From positions 1 through 32,000 of the forward strand of contig SUTD01000003.1 in the NCBI GenBank assembly GCA_015063085.1: a DNA stretch of 32,000 nt, given 5' to 3'. Within the stretch, counting starts at the first letter, position 1. Each line of letters starts with the position of its first letter. A program made the position numbers and the translations under genes. Under the pieces are notes generated by a model. That model saw nothing but the letters and a program-made list of their open reading frames with translations. It ran no database searches and was not told where the DNA came from. Origin of the DNA: Methanocorpusculum parvum. GTDB lineage: Archaea; Halobacteriota; Methanomicrobia; Methanomicrobiales; Methanocorpusculaceae. This document shows positions 1 to 8,822 of this stretch, piece by piece.

Positions 1-54
1 CTGTTCTAAAAGGGCCTCGCCCATAGTTTTGATATAGCTTGGTTTAATTCCCAT
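1..54 (-). CDS. rps17e: 30S ribosomal protein S17e, 5' end only (truncated by window edge)
   Basis: Manual translation of the minus strand from ATG at 54..52 gives MGIKPSYIKTMGEALLEQ, which resembles the N-terminus of archaeal S17e (MG-I/V-(R/K)PSYIKR..ELLE). Confidence 0.7.
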   Translation of the reverse strand, partial: MGIKPSYIKTMGEALLEQ

Positions 55-73
55 GATATATGCCTCAAATGCT

Positions 74-577
74 CTATAATGTTAGTCGTTCCGATATGAT
101 AAGGATTCTGTTTGCAACATCGTCCGGAGTCTCCCCGAAAATGTAGATACAGCCCCCGTATGTCGGCTCATTTTCCGCACAAATTGCTGCCGGAACACCC
201 TCCTTGCAAAGGAACGCAACTCCCCATTCCATCGTCGAAATCCCTTTCGGGAACTTTTCCGCGTCGTATTCTTCAACGTCCTGCAAAACCTCGCGGACAG
301 TTTCTGCAATATCCTCGTTCAGTCTGATGCATCCGACAGCCCGCATCTCAGGAGTAAACCTGCGCGCGGTGATTATCACGCGGACAACAGGCTCATCAAT
401 CCCGAAGCCCACACTTCCCTCGCGGGCCACAGCAACACCTTTTGCATCGCGTGCATCTGCTATCGCGTATGCAAGGGAAATGCCTCCCTTTGGAATGATG
501 TATCTGTTTACATTCTCCACCTTGCCTGAAGCTTTCTGAATCCCGCGAAGAACCTCAGACTGCTGCTTTGCGGTCAT
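74..577 (-). CDS. ThiN-like (thiamine-phosphate synthase-type) domain protein
   Basis: 167 aa. GGISLAYAIADARDAKGVAVAREGSVGFGIDEPVVRVIITARRFTPEMRAVGCIRL matches the ThiN-domain pattern (...AYA..NA....VA...G........PV.RVI.TA..F.P..RA..NIR). It sits immediately upstream of S17e and overlaps the HD-domain gene by 4 nt. Confidence 0.65.
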   Translation of the reverse strand: MTAKQQSEVLRGIQKASGKVENVNRYIIPKGGISLAYAIADARDAKGVAVAREGSVGFGIDEPVVRVIITARRFTPEMRAVGCIRLNEDIAETVREVLQDVEEYDAEKFPKGISTMEWGVAFLCKEGVPAAICAENEPTYGGCIYIFGETPDDVANRILIISERLTL

Positions 578-1164
578 GAAATCCCCAACTCGTCCCTGAT
601 TGCAGAAATTTCTTCGATGGCAATCTCATACATCCTCTCACGCGGGAGAAGAACATCAGACATCGCGATTCTGTTTCTGTCGCATCCTGCGGCAAAAGAT
701 GCTGCTTTGTACTTCTTGGTAACCGTCTTTGGCGTGACCTCAGTAATCTTTCCGCCTTTTACATACGCGCACGCGATAACAAGCCCGGAAACACTGTCGG
801 CTGTCTGAAGACAGATTTCCACAGTCTCGGTATACTCACCATCGAAAAGCATATGGTTGTGTCGGCGAATCGGCATGGCAATCTCATCTCCGATTCCGGC
901 GGCTTTTAAAATCCCATAGCCGACTTCACCATGCTTTTCCATATCCTCATTAATCTCCTGGAAATCAATATCATGGAGAATGCCGATTAACTCGTAAAGA
1001 TTTTCGTCCTCTCCGAGTTCTTTTGCAAGACCTTTCATCACAGCAGCCGTTGCAAGACAATGTCCTATAAGAGATTCGGTTGTCACATGCTCTTTGAGAA
1101 GCGAAAGAGCCTCATTTCTATCCATGATTATGTATGGGCATTCAAAAGTGATAAAAGCCCGCAC
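574..1164 (-). CDS. HD-domain phosphohydrolase-like protein
   Basis: 196 aa with LIGHCLATAAVMKGLAKELGEDENLYELIGILHDIDF, i.e. an H...HD metal-binding arrangement typical of HDIG proteins. Confidence 0.8.
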   Translation of the reverse strand: MRAFITFECPYIIMDRNEALSLLKEHVTTESLIGHCLATAAVMKGLAKELGEDENLYELIGILHDIDFQEINEDMEKHGEVGYGILKAAGIGDEIAMPIRRHNHMLFDGEYTETVEICLQTADSVSGLVIACAYVKGGKITEVTPKTVTKKYKAASFAAGCDRNRIAMSDVLLPRERMYEIAIEEISAIRDELGIS

Positions 1165-1181
1165 GTTAAATATAATCTAAC

Positions 1182-1391
1182 ATGAGAAAAGACTGGATAC
1201 TGGATATTGTAATTGCTCTGTCAGCAATCTTCATCTTCGCCCTTATGATGTTATTCCTCCCGACCGTCTTACCGGCTGCATTCGGATACGTTGCGGCATT
1301 CCTTGTTTTCGTCTTATACCTGACGCTTGTCGGTCTTTTTGTCATCAAGAGATTTGTCGGCGAAACTCCGCAGAAAAAAGTAAAGAACTAA
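1182..1391 (+). CDS. Small two-TM membrane protein, unknown function
   Basis: 69 aa ORF with two long hydrophobic segments and a basic C-terminus, in an otherwise unoccupied gap. Confidence 0.5.
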   Translation: MRKDWILDIVIALSAIFIFALMMLFLPTVLPAAFGYVAAFLVFVLYLTLVGLFVIKRFVGETPQKKVKN

Positions 1392-1430
1392 CCGGAATAC
1401 CTCTTCTTTTTCCAAACAAGCCAAAAGGAT

Positions 1431-2168
1431 ATGGCGCAGAAATTTTCTCTGGAAACCACATCGGCATCCCTGCACATCTTTGCGATGGCATTCATGCTCT
1501 GCGACCATCTCTGGGGAACAGTCATACCCGGAAACGAATGGCTTACCTGTATTGGGCGCTTAGCGCTCCCGATTTTTGCATTCCTGCTTGTCGAAGGATA
1601 CTTCCACACCAAAAACCTGAAAAAATACGCAGGCAGACTTTTCATATTCGCTCTCATATCGGAAATCCCCTTCAACCTCATGATGGGGGGAAGTATCTTT
1701 TACCCAATTCACCAGAACATCCTCTTCAGCTTCTTAATAGCGCTCGGCCTTATCCATCTGAATGAAAAGGCAAAAGCGAGCGGAAAAATCAGCCTTAGGG
1801 TTCTGACCGGCTGCGGAACCGTCATCCTCGGATACATTCTCGGCATTCTGACAATGGTGGACTTCTATCATGCAGGAATCTTAACCGTTCTCGTCTTCTA
1901 CTTCCTCCGCGGAAAGAAGTGGTGGTGTTACATCGGACAGTTCCTTTGTCTCTGGTACATCAACTGCGAAATCCTTGGAGGGCTTGTCTATGAGTTTGCA
2001 TCATTCACATTCCCGCAGCAGGGCTTTGCACTGTTTGCCTTACTCTTCATCTGGCTCTACCGCGGAAAGCAGGGATACCACAGCAAACCCTTCCAGTACT
2101 TCTGCTATGCATTCTATCCCGCACACATGCTGATACTTTCAGTTCTTCGAATGCTGCTGCTCTCATGA
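1431..2168 (+). CDS. TraX-family membrane protein
   Basis: 245 aa polytopic protein; HIFAMAFMLCDHLWGTVIP...WLTCIGRLALPIFAFLLVEGYFHTKNLKKYAGRLFIFALISEIPFNLM is characteristic of TraX-like proteins. Confidence 0.8.
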   Translation: MAQKFSLETTSASLHIFAMAFMLCDHLWGTVIPGNEWLTCIGRLALPIFAFLLVEGYFHTKNLKKYAGRLFIFALISEIPFNLMMGGSIFYPIHQNILFSFLIALGLIHLNEKAKASGKISLRVLTGCGTVILGYILGILTMVDFYHAGILTVLVFYFLRGKKWWCYIGQFLCLWYINCEILGGLVYEFASFTFPQQGFALFALLFIWLYRGKQGYHSKPFQYFCYAFYPAHMLILSVLRMLLLS

Positions 2169-2203
2169 CCATTGTTAAACCCTAGGAAAACCAATATTAC
2201 TCT

Positions 2204-3055
2204 ATGACGAAAGTAGCAGCATTCGGTATGGGCCGCATTGGAGGAGAAGCGGCCTACATCTCCGCTGTAAACGGATTTGCCGATGAGCTTGTAATATACG
2301 ATATCATGCCGGAATTCCTGCATGCACAAAAACTCGATATCATGCACTCGCGGGATATCCCAATCTCCACAAACATCTCCGACATGAAGGATGCAGACTA
2401 CTGTATCTTCTCTGCCGGATACTCCCGCTCGCCGAATGTAAAAACCCGCGCTGACTTATTCGACAAAAACCTCCCGATCGCCCGCGAGGCAGCAGAGCTT
2501 CTCAAAGGATTTTCCGGAAAGCTGATTGTCATCACCAACCCGATGGACGTCTTTACCTGGTATTTCGCAAAGCACGCAGGTTTAGACGAAGGACAGGTTG
2601 TCGGATTCGGCGGACTTTTGGACAGCCGCAGATTTACCGTTGCTCTTTCTTCGATGGGAATCAAAGAGGAAGGAATGGTCTTGGGAGAGCACGGAGAAAA
2701 TCAGGTGCCGGTTTTCTCAAACCTCTCAGTCGATGTACCCGAAGCTGTCCGCGAGGAGGTGCTGCTTGGTCTTCGCGGATCTTCTATGCCTGTCATCAAA
2801 GGAAAGGGCGGAACCGTCTTCGGTCCTGCATATCATATCTTCAACATGATGCAGAAAATCGAAAAGGGTGAGGAGTTCATCTGCTCGCTTCCGGCAAACG
2901 GTGCGTACGGCATTGACGGATGTTCAATCGGTCTTCCGGCACGCGTAACCCGTGACGGAGCAAAGATTAACGAGAATTTAAAACTCGATGACTGGGAAAC
3001 CGCAAAACTCAACGCCGCAGCAGAGTTCTTAACAGGTCTTTGCCGGAGAGTGTAA
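2204..3055 (+). CDS. mdh: Malate/lactate dehydrogenase family, probable malate dehydrogenase
   Basis: Rossmann start VAAFGMGRIGG, substrate loop AGYSRSPNVKTRADL (Arg in the malate-type position), ITNPMDVFTW and catalytic GEHG. Confidence 0.85.
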   Translation: MTKVAAFGMGRIGGEAAYISAVNGFADELVIYDIMPEFLHAQKLDIMHSRDIPISTNISDMKDADYCIFSAGYSRSPNVKTRADLFDKNLPIAREAAELLKGFSGKLIVITNPMDVFTWYFAKHAGLDEGQVVGFGGLLDSRRFTVALSSMGIKEEGMVLGEHGENQVPVFSNLSVDVPEAVREEVLLGLRGSSMPVIKGKGGTVFGPAYHIFNMMQKIEKGEEFICSLPANGAYGIDGCSIGLPARVTRDGAKINENLKLDDWETAKLNAAAEFLTGLCRRV

Positions 3056-5443
3056 ATGGATATCGCCATAAATCAGGCAGAATACTCAAACACTCCGGCA
3101 GGCCCGGTAGTTCATATCTTCGGACGCGAGGCGGACGGAACAGCTCATGAAGTAAAGGTCACCGGTTTTCGTCCTTACTTCTGGGTTCGGGAAAGCGAAG
3201 CGCACCGTCCGCATTCGGATAAAGTCGAGGTTACCGATGACAGGGCCTTTTCAATTAAAGGCGAGCCGCTTATCAGGCTTTACACACAAAAGCCGACTGA
3301 TGTCCGAATAGTTCGCGAGAACTATCACCACTTCGAAGCAGACATTCCGTTTGCCACCCGCTTTTTAATTGATCTTGGCCTCACCGGCGGCGTCTCCTTC
3401 CCGTCTGAGACATGCAGTTACACCGATCTCTCCCCCGCACATGTGCTCTCGAAGGCAAGGGTTTGCATGTGCGATATCGAGTGTGACGACCGATATGGTT
3501 TTCCTGAAGCAGAGCGTGATGCGATTAACTGTATCACCTGTCATGACTCCTTTGACGACTGCTATACTACGTTCTTCCTCAACGGCGAGACGCCGCTTTC
3601 AGCAGCAGAAGCTCTTCCAAACGGCTGCTTTGACGAAAGCCGCCACACAATTCTTGCCTTCAACTCCGAGCGCGAACTCTTCAAGGCATTTATCAGCTAC
3701 ATTCAGGAAAAAAATCCGGACATCTTATCCGGATGGAACTTTGCGGACTTCGATGCAGCATATATTTTGAAGAGGGCTGAAGTCCTCGGATTCAAGCCGG
3801 ATGTGTTCGCACGGCTTCCGGGCGTTGTTGACCGAAACGCCATGCGCGGAAGAGTCATCTTCGATTTGCTTACTGCATACAAGAAGATGCAGAGCGGACA
3901 AAAGGAGTCGTACCGCTTAGACGCCATCGCAGAAGAAGAGTTGGGCGAGCGAAAGGTTCGCTACACCGGAACTTTAGGAGATCTTTGGAACAATGATCCT
4001 TTGAAGATGATTGAGTACAACTTCAAGGATGTGGAGCTGTGTGTTGGAATCAACCGCAAAAACAGCATCATCGAGTTCTTCCAGGAAGTTTCCCGCTATG
4101 TGGGCTGCCCGCTTGATAAGACGCTGAACTCCTCGAATGTGGTTGACATCTTCATTCTCCGGCGTGCATTCGGTAAGTTCGTTCTTCCGTCGAAAGGAAA
4201 CGGTGTAGGCGAAGAGTTCGAAGGAGCGACCGTCTTTGCCCCGTCGAAAGGTGTGTGCGAGAATGTTGTCGTGCTTGATTTGAAGTCGCTCTATCCAATG
4301 GCCATGATGACCTTAAATGCCTCGCAGGAGACAAAGTCTCCGGAAGGCGAGATTCATGCGCCAAACGGCATCCGGTTCAAAAAATCTCCGGACGGGCTGA
4401 CCAGAAGTATCATCGGCGAGCTTTTGACTGAGAGAGACAACAAGAAAAAACTGAGAAATACCTTCCCCTACGGTTCAGACGAGTACAACCTCTATGACAT
4501 GCAGCAGAACGTCTTGAAGGTCATCATGAACTCATACTACGGGGTGTCCGGCTTTGCACGGTTCCGCCTCTATGACAGAGAGATTGGCTCTGCCGTCACC
4601 TCCGTCGGCCGCGCGATTATTCAGCACACCAGAAAAATCATCAACGAAAACGGTTACGAAGTAATCTACGGAGATACGGATTCCTGCTTCGTTCAGCTCC
4701 CGATGGTCTCGCAGGAGGAGACAATCAGTATCGCCAGAAAACTCGAGGATGAGTTAAACGAAAGCTACCCAACGTTTGCAAAAGAAACGCTTGGTGCTGA
4801 TGAGTGTTACTTCTCGATTAAGTTCGAGAAGATTTACCGCCGTTTCTTCCAGGGTGGGGCAAAGAAACGCTATGCAGGTCATTTAACCTGGAAGGAAGGG
4901 CAAGAGATTGACAAAATCGATATCGCCGGATTTGAGATGAAGCGCTCCGATTCATCCCACATCACGCGCGAAGCGCAGGGTGCGGTTCTTGAGATGATTC
5001 TGAAGGGCAACGGAAAATCCGACATCAAAGAGTATCTCCCGCAGGTGTTAAAGGATTACAGAGCCGGAACATATCCACTCGACAAGGCGGGAATTCCCGG
5101 AGGAATTAACAAAGCGCTTGACGATTATGCGCATCTTGATGCTCACGGAAGAGGAGCGCAGTATGCAAATCAGTATTTGGGAACTGATTTCAAGCGCGGA
5201 AGCAAACCGAAGCGCGTCTACATCAAACGCAGCCTGCGTCCGGATGAGTTTCCGAACACCGATGTCCTCTGCTTTGAGTATCCTGACCAGATTCCGGACG
5301 GGGCATTCGAGATTGACTGGGAGACTATGCTCGAAAAGACGATTCAGGCGCCCTTAAACAGAATCTTTGACGCTCTCGGGTGGGACTGGGATGAGTTCGA
5401 CCCGAAGGTTGCAAAAAAGACAACTCTTGATATGTTCTTCTAA
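3056..5443 (+). CDS. polB: Family B DNA polymerase
   Basis: 795 aa with exonuclease motif DIECDD, LDLKSLYPMAMMTLN, KxxxNSxYG-type KVIMNSYYGVSG and YGDTDSCF. No intein is apparent. Confidence 0.95.
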   Translation: MDIAINQAEYSNTPAGPVVHIFGREADGTAHEVKVTGFRPYFWVRESEAHRPHSDKVEVTDDRAFSIKGEPLIRLYTQKPTDVRIVRENYHHFEADIPFATRFLIDLGLTGGVSFPSETCSYTDLSPAHVLSKARVCMCDIECDDRYGFPEAERDAINCITCHDSFDDCYTTFFLNGETPLSAAEALPNGCFDESRHTILAFNSERELFKAFISYIQEKNPDILSGWNFADFDAAYILKRAEVLGFKPDVFARLPGVVDRNAMRGRVIFDLLTAYKKMQSGQKESYRLDAIAEEELGERKVRYTGTLGDLWNNDPLKMIEYNFKDVELCVGINRKNSIIEFFQEVSRYVGCPLDKTLNSSNVVDIFILRRAFGKFVLPSKGNGVGEEFEGATVFAPSKGVCENVVVLDLKSLYPMAMMTLNASQETKSPEGEIHAPNGIRFKKSPDGLTRSIIGELLTERDNKKKLRNTFPYGSDEYNLYDMQQNVLKVIMNSYYGVSGFARFRLYDREIGSAVTSVGRAIIQHTRKIINENGYEVIYGDTDSCFVQLPMVSQEETISIARKLEDELNESYPTFAKETLGADECYFSIKFEKIYRRFFQGGAKKRYAGHLTWKEGQEIDKIDIAGFEMKRSDSSHITREAQGAVLEMILKGNGKSDIKEYLPQVLKDYRAGTYPLDKAGIPGGINKALDDYAHLDAHGRGAQYANQYLGTDFKRGSKPKRVYIKRSLRPDEFPNTDVLCFEYPDQIPDGAFEIDWETMLEKTIQAPLNRIFDALGWDWDEFDPKVAKKTTLDMFF

Positions 5444-5447
5444 AAAA

Positions 5448-5468
5448 GCTGAAGATTAAATCTTCAGC
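5448..5468. terminator. Probable bidirectional terminator hairpin between convergent genes
   Basis: Perfect 9-bp inverted repeat GCTGAAGAT-TAA-ATCTTCAGC, flanked by A6 (5442-5447) on the left and TTTTT (about 5474-5478) on the right, at the convergent 3' ends of polB and the DUF5803-like gene. Confidence 0.6.
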
Positions 5469-6088
5469 CGGTTCTTTTTGATTTTTCTGTAGCGCAGATA
5501 TGCAAGCGCGAAGACAACAAGCCATCCGGCAAGGAAAGCGTAGAGAATCGGCTCGCGGTTATCCTCGTAGAAGGTAAGCGAGGCTGCTTTCGTCTGATTA
5601 AAGGTGACAACCGTCTTCCCCTCCTCTTTTGCAACAACACCGCCGGAGGACACCGTTCCTAAAATCAGGTGACCGGTTGTGTACGGTTCTGGAAGAGTTA
5701 CGGTGACATTATAGAACTCCGGAAACTTCGCGTAGATAAAACCGCCGGAAATTGGCACATCATACGTCAGCGTATAGTCTCCTTCTGGAAATGTCAGTGT
5801 GCCTTTCGTATTCTTCGGCTCAACAACTGTTCCGTCTACCGAAACCAGAACAAGATTATTCACTGTTTCAAGCGCGACATCCTCGCCTAAGATACCCGGG
5901 GTTACCAAAAGGTAGGAAGAGCCGGAAAATCTGGCCTCGGCAAACAAGACCGAACCGTTTTCCGAAACCCTAAAGTCTGCGGTGTTGGCAGCCGCTGGGA
6001 CTGCCAGCAGAAGAAGTGCTGTAAGCAGAATTACAGCACAGAGAGCAGTGCTTCGATTGTTGCGTCGATCTCGATTGGGGCTGCGCAT
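5456..6088 (-). CDS. Secreted/membrane-anchored protein, DUF5803-like
   Basis: 210 aa with an N-terminal signal-type segment (STALCAVILLTALLLLAVPAAANT), a beta-rich extracellular domain and a C-terminal TM followed by RYRKIKKNRLKI. Confidence 0.65.
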   Translation of the reverse strand: MRSPNRDRRNNRSTALCAVILLTALLLLAVPAAANTADFRVSENGSVLFAEARFSGSSYLLVTPGILGEDVALETVNNLVLVSVDGTVVEPKNTKGTLTFPEGDYTLTYDVPISGGFIYAKFPEFYNVTVTLPEPYTTGHLILGTVSSGGVVAKEEGKTVVTFNQTKAASLTFYEDNREPILYAFLAGWLVVFALAYLRYRKIKKNRLKI

Positions 6089-7230
6089 TGCTTAATAACG
6101 GTTTCCGGATCTTTTAACAGGTGACCGGTAACGACACAGACAATCTTCTCATCTGCATCGAGAAGTCCCTGCTCTGCCATCTTCTTGATACCTGCAACGG
6201 ATGCTGCGGATGCCGGTTCAACACCGATACCCTCAAGGCGTGCTAAGTCGCGCTGCATGGCAAGGATTTCCTCGTCAGTGACAAACTCTGCAGTTCCATT
6301 GGTCTCGCGGATTGCACGAAGAGCTTTTTCTGCGTTGACCGGTGCTCCGATACGGATTGCGGATGCAACAGTCTCCGGGTTCTTCTCAACAACAACCTCC
6401 GGCAGGTTGCCTTTGATTGCGTTTACGACAGGCATTGCGCCTTCTGCCTGAATTGCAGTCATCTTCGGAAGCGTGTCGATGAAGCCGATCTCCTTCCACT
6501 CGGTAAGTCCTTTGTAGACTGCAGAGATGTTTCCTGCGTTTCCGACCGGTAAAACGAAGCGGTCCGGAACACAGCCAAGCTGATCAACAGCCTCGAAACC
6601 GATAGTCTTCTGACCTTCAAGTCTGTACGGGTTGATGGAGTTTAAGAGGTAGATTCCATGAGAGACACAAAGCTCGTGAACCATCTCTAATGCGCGGTCG
6701 AAGTTTCCGCGAATGGAGATGACTTTTGCTCCGTGCATGAGTGCCTGGGCAACTTTACCAAGAGCGACATGTCCTGCAGGGAGAAGGACAACGCCCGGCA
6801 TTCCTGCCTTTGCGGCATAAACAGCCATGGATGCAGAGGTGTTTCCGGTGGATGCACAGGCAACAATGTTCTTGCCGAGCTGCTTTGCCATGGAGACACC
6901 AAGAGTCATTCCTCTGTCCTTGAAAGATCCGGACGGGTTCATACCCTCGTGCTTGACGTAGAGGTTCTTTAATCCAAGCTCTTCACCAAGGCGCTTTGCG
7001 TGATAGAGCGGAGTCCCTCCTTCCTGTAACGTGACCGGATCAATTTTTACCGGCAGGAATTCCTTGTATCTCCATACACCAATCTTTCTGCTCTGCAGTT
7101 CCTCGCGGGTGACAGTAATCTTGTCGAGGTCGTATTTTACTGCGAGCAGGTGTCCGCATTTTTCACAGTTATACACAATTGCATCGGGAGAGTACTCCGC
7201 ACCGCAGTGTACACAGACGAGTTTATACAT
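6031..7230 (-). CDS. thrC: Threonine synthase
   Basis: 399 aa with N-terminal zinc-ribbon-like CVHCGAEY..........YNCEKCG, PLP lysine motif NPSGSFKDRGM and cofactor-binding GNAGNISA. Confidence 0.93.
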   Translation of the reverse strand: MYKLVCVHCGAEYSPDAIVYNCEKCGHLLAVKYDLDKITVTREELQSRKIGVWRYKEFLPVKIDPVTLQEGGTPLYHAKRLGEELGLKNLYVKHEGMNPSGSFKDRGMTLGVSMAKQLGKNIVACASTGNTSASMAVYAAKAGMPGVVLLPAGHVALGKVAQALMHGAKVISIRGNFDRALEMVHELCVSHGIYLLNSINPYRLEGQKTIGFEAVDQLGCVPDRFVLPVGNAGNISAVYKGLTEWKEIGFIDTLPKMTAIQAEGAMPVVNAIKGNLPEVVVEKNPETVASAIRIGAPVNAEKALRAIRETNGTAEFVTDEEILAMQRDLARLEGIGVEPASAASVAGIKKMAEQGLLDADEKIVCVVTGHLLKDPETVIKQCAAPIEIDATIEALLSVL

Positions 7231-7293
7231 GCCTATGTATTGGCGTGCTTACATTAGAAGGGTTTCGCTCAGAGGAGGGAAAGATGCGGGTTG

Positions 7294-7301
7294 AAAAAAA
7301 A
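7294..7301 (-). terminator. Oligo-T terminator (minus strand) for the downstream end of the hydrolase gene
   Basis: A8 on the plus strand (T8 on minus) just after the stop at 7315. Similar runs follow other minus-strand genes here. Confidence 0.4.
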
Positions 7302-7314
7302 GGAGGGTGTTATC

Positions 7315-8079
7315 TCAGCTCAAATCACGGTTCTGTTTCTTTGCCGGAACACCGGAGGCGGCAAGGAAGATAATCCAGAGGATGACCGCCACAGGGATTC
7401 CAAGGAATGCCGGAAGGCTGAGAATAAAGGATGCCGCGCAGAGGATGACTGCTGCTGCGAGAAAAAGAATCATGTAAACACGCGGACGTGTGTCTGTTCC
7501 GTCGCCAAGAAGTTTTCCGCGAAGTCTTCTGAAGACAAACGGATAGAAGTAGTGAACTCCTGCGATGTCACAGGTGTCTTCTACTAAGTGCATGAGGCAT
7601 CCGAAGAAGAATGAGGCGCCGAAGACAAAGATTAACGGATTGTTTGCGAGGAAGGAAAGTCCCGGGATGAAGGAGAGAGCAAAGCAGACTGCCCAGATGT
7701 AGAACGTGAGAAGTACTGACATGAAGAAGATGCCGATTGGCGAATGGGGAAGCTCGCGGTGTCCCTGCTTTGCATAAATCTTGTCACCGAAGATTAAATG
7801 GAAGACGAAGCGGACAGGCTTGTAGCAAAGGGTGTTTATGGTGTGTCCAAAGACCGGAGTTAAGAAGAACTTCTTTCCCTTCGCTCCGGGAATTTCTGCG
7901 TGGAAGATGGCAGAGCCTTTGCCCATGTCAATATCCGGAGTGATGGAACCAAGGAATGCTCCGAGGATGAAGAGGACTGCACCAAGGATTGCTGTTGGTG
8001 TGGTAAGCGTTGGAACTGCCGGGGCTAAGATGAGAAGGGCGGTTGCCATGGTGAGGATTATGTGGGTTACTCCTTTCAT
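7315..8079 (-). CDS. Membrane-bound metal-dependent hydrolase (YdjM/LexA-binding-type family)
   Basis: 254 aa with MKGVTHIILTMATA..., GAFLGSITPDID, GHRELPHSPIG and HLVEDTCDIAGV, i.e. the His/Asp-rich membrane hydrolase pattern. Confidence 0.75.
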   Translation of the reverse strand: MKGVTHIILTMATALLILAPAVPTLTTPTAILGAVLFILGAFLGSITPDIDMGKGSAIFHAEIPGAKGKKFFLTPVFGHTINTLCYKPVRFVFHLIFGDKIYAKQGHRELPHSPIGIFFMSVLLTFYIWAVCFALSFIPGLSFLANNPLIFVFGASFFFGCLMHLVEDTCDIAGVHYFYPFVFRRLRGKLLGDGTDTRPRVYMILFLAAAVILCAASFILSLPAFLGIPVAVILWIIFLAASGVPAKKQNRDLS

Positions 8080-8120
8080 GGAATAGTATGGGAAGGGATG
8101 AGGGATAAAGGGTATGGAGG

Positions 8121-8450
8121 TTATTTCAAAAGAGAGTCCACTTGAGTTACAAGCTCCGGGATTTTTGTTGTTGATATTTCCCAGACTTTTTCCAGGTCAA
8201 CAGCAAAGTATGCATGAATCAATCTGTCACGAAGTCCGCACATCCCTCTCCATGCAATTTCAGGATGCTGAGTACGGAAGTCATCGGATACGTGTTTTGC
8301 GGCTTCCCCGATTACCTCTAGAGCACGAATTACAATATGTTGTGCTACAACAGATTGATGAAACTCTTCTTCTGTGAGGTTTGCTATTGTCTGAACAATG
8401 AGATCTGCCTCTTCTTTGATATGGTGCAGCCAGACTTTGTTGTCAATCAT
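8121..8450 (-). CDS. hepT: HepT-like (DUF86) HEPN ribonuclease toxin
   Basis: 109 aa; RDRLIHAY fits the HEPN R-x4-6-H motif in its RX4HXY form. Overlaps the partner nucleotidyltransferase by 4 nt. Confidence 0.88.
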   Translation of the reverse strand: MIDNKVWLHHIKEEADLIVQTIANLTEEEFHQSVVAQHIVIRALEVIGEAAKHVSDDFRTQHPEIAWRGMCGLRDRLIHAYFAVDLEKVWEISTTKIPELVTQVDSLLK

Positions 8451-8779
8451 ACCGATGCTGCCTCCGAAGAACTGAAAAGAATCATTTCCGGTTCAACATA
8501 TGGTTTCACATGCGGGCTCAGGTATTCAAGAGATACTATGTCAACCTTTCTCTGGAAAAGGTCTTCGAGATAGTCTGCCAAATCAAGGAAGGTATCATAT
8601 GAACCTTTTCCTTCTGAAAAGGTGTAAAGAACATCAACATCACTCTCTGCTGTGTCTTCACCACGAGATACTGATCCAAAAATCCCAATAGTATCGATAA
8701 AGAAACGCTCACGTATCTCGTGGAGATGCTCTCTGAGTTTTGTGAGGACGTCCTCTTTGATACTGACGTAGGCAGACAT
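8447..8779 (-). CDS. mntA: MntA-like nucleotidyltransferase antitoxin
   Basis: 110 aa; FGSVSRGEDTAESDVDVLY contains the GSX10DXD motif of minimal nucleotidyltransferases. Confidence 0.88.
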   Translation of the reverse strand: MSAYVSIKEDVLTKLREHLHEIRERFFIDTIGIFGSVSRGEDTAESDVDVLYTFSEGKGSYDTFLDLADYLEDLFQRKVDIVSLEYLSPHVKPYVEPEMILFSSSEAASV

Positions 8780-8822
8780 GTGCGTATGTATTTGTATGTC
8801 TTGGAAGATATTAGGGTTTCCC

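Noticed and set aside
3369-3770. 133-aa plus ORF nested in the family B polymerase
   Set aside because: Out-of-frame within a gene that has complete polymerase motifs.
3056-5443. Possible intein in the polymerase
   Set aside because: Length (795 aa) and uninterrupted SLYP, NSYYG and YGDTDS motifs leave no room for an intein.
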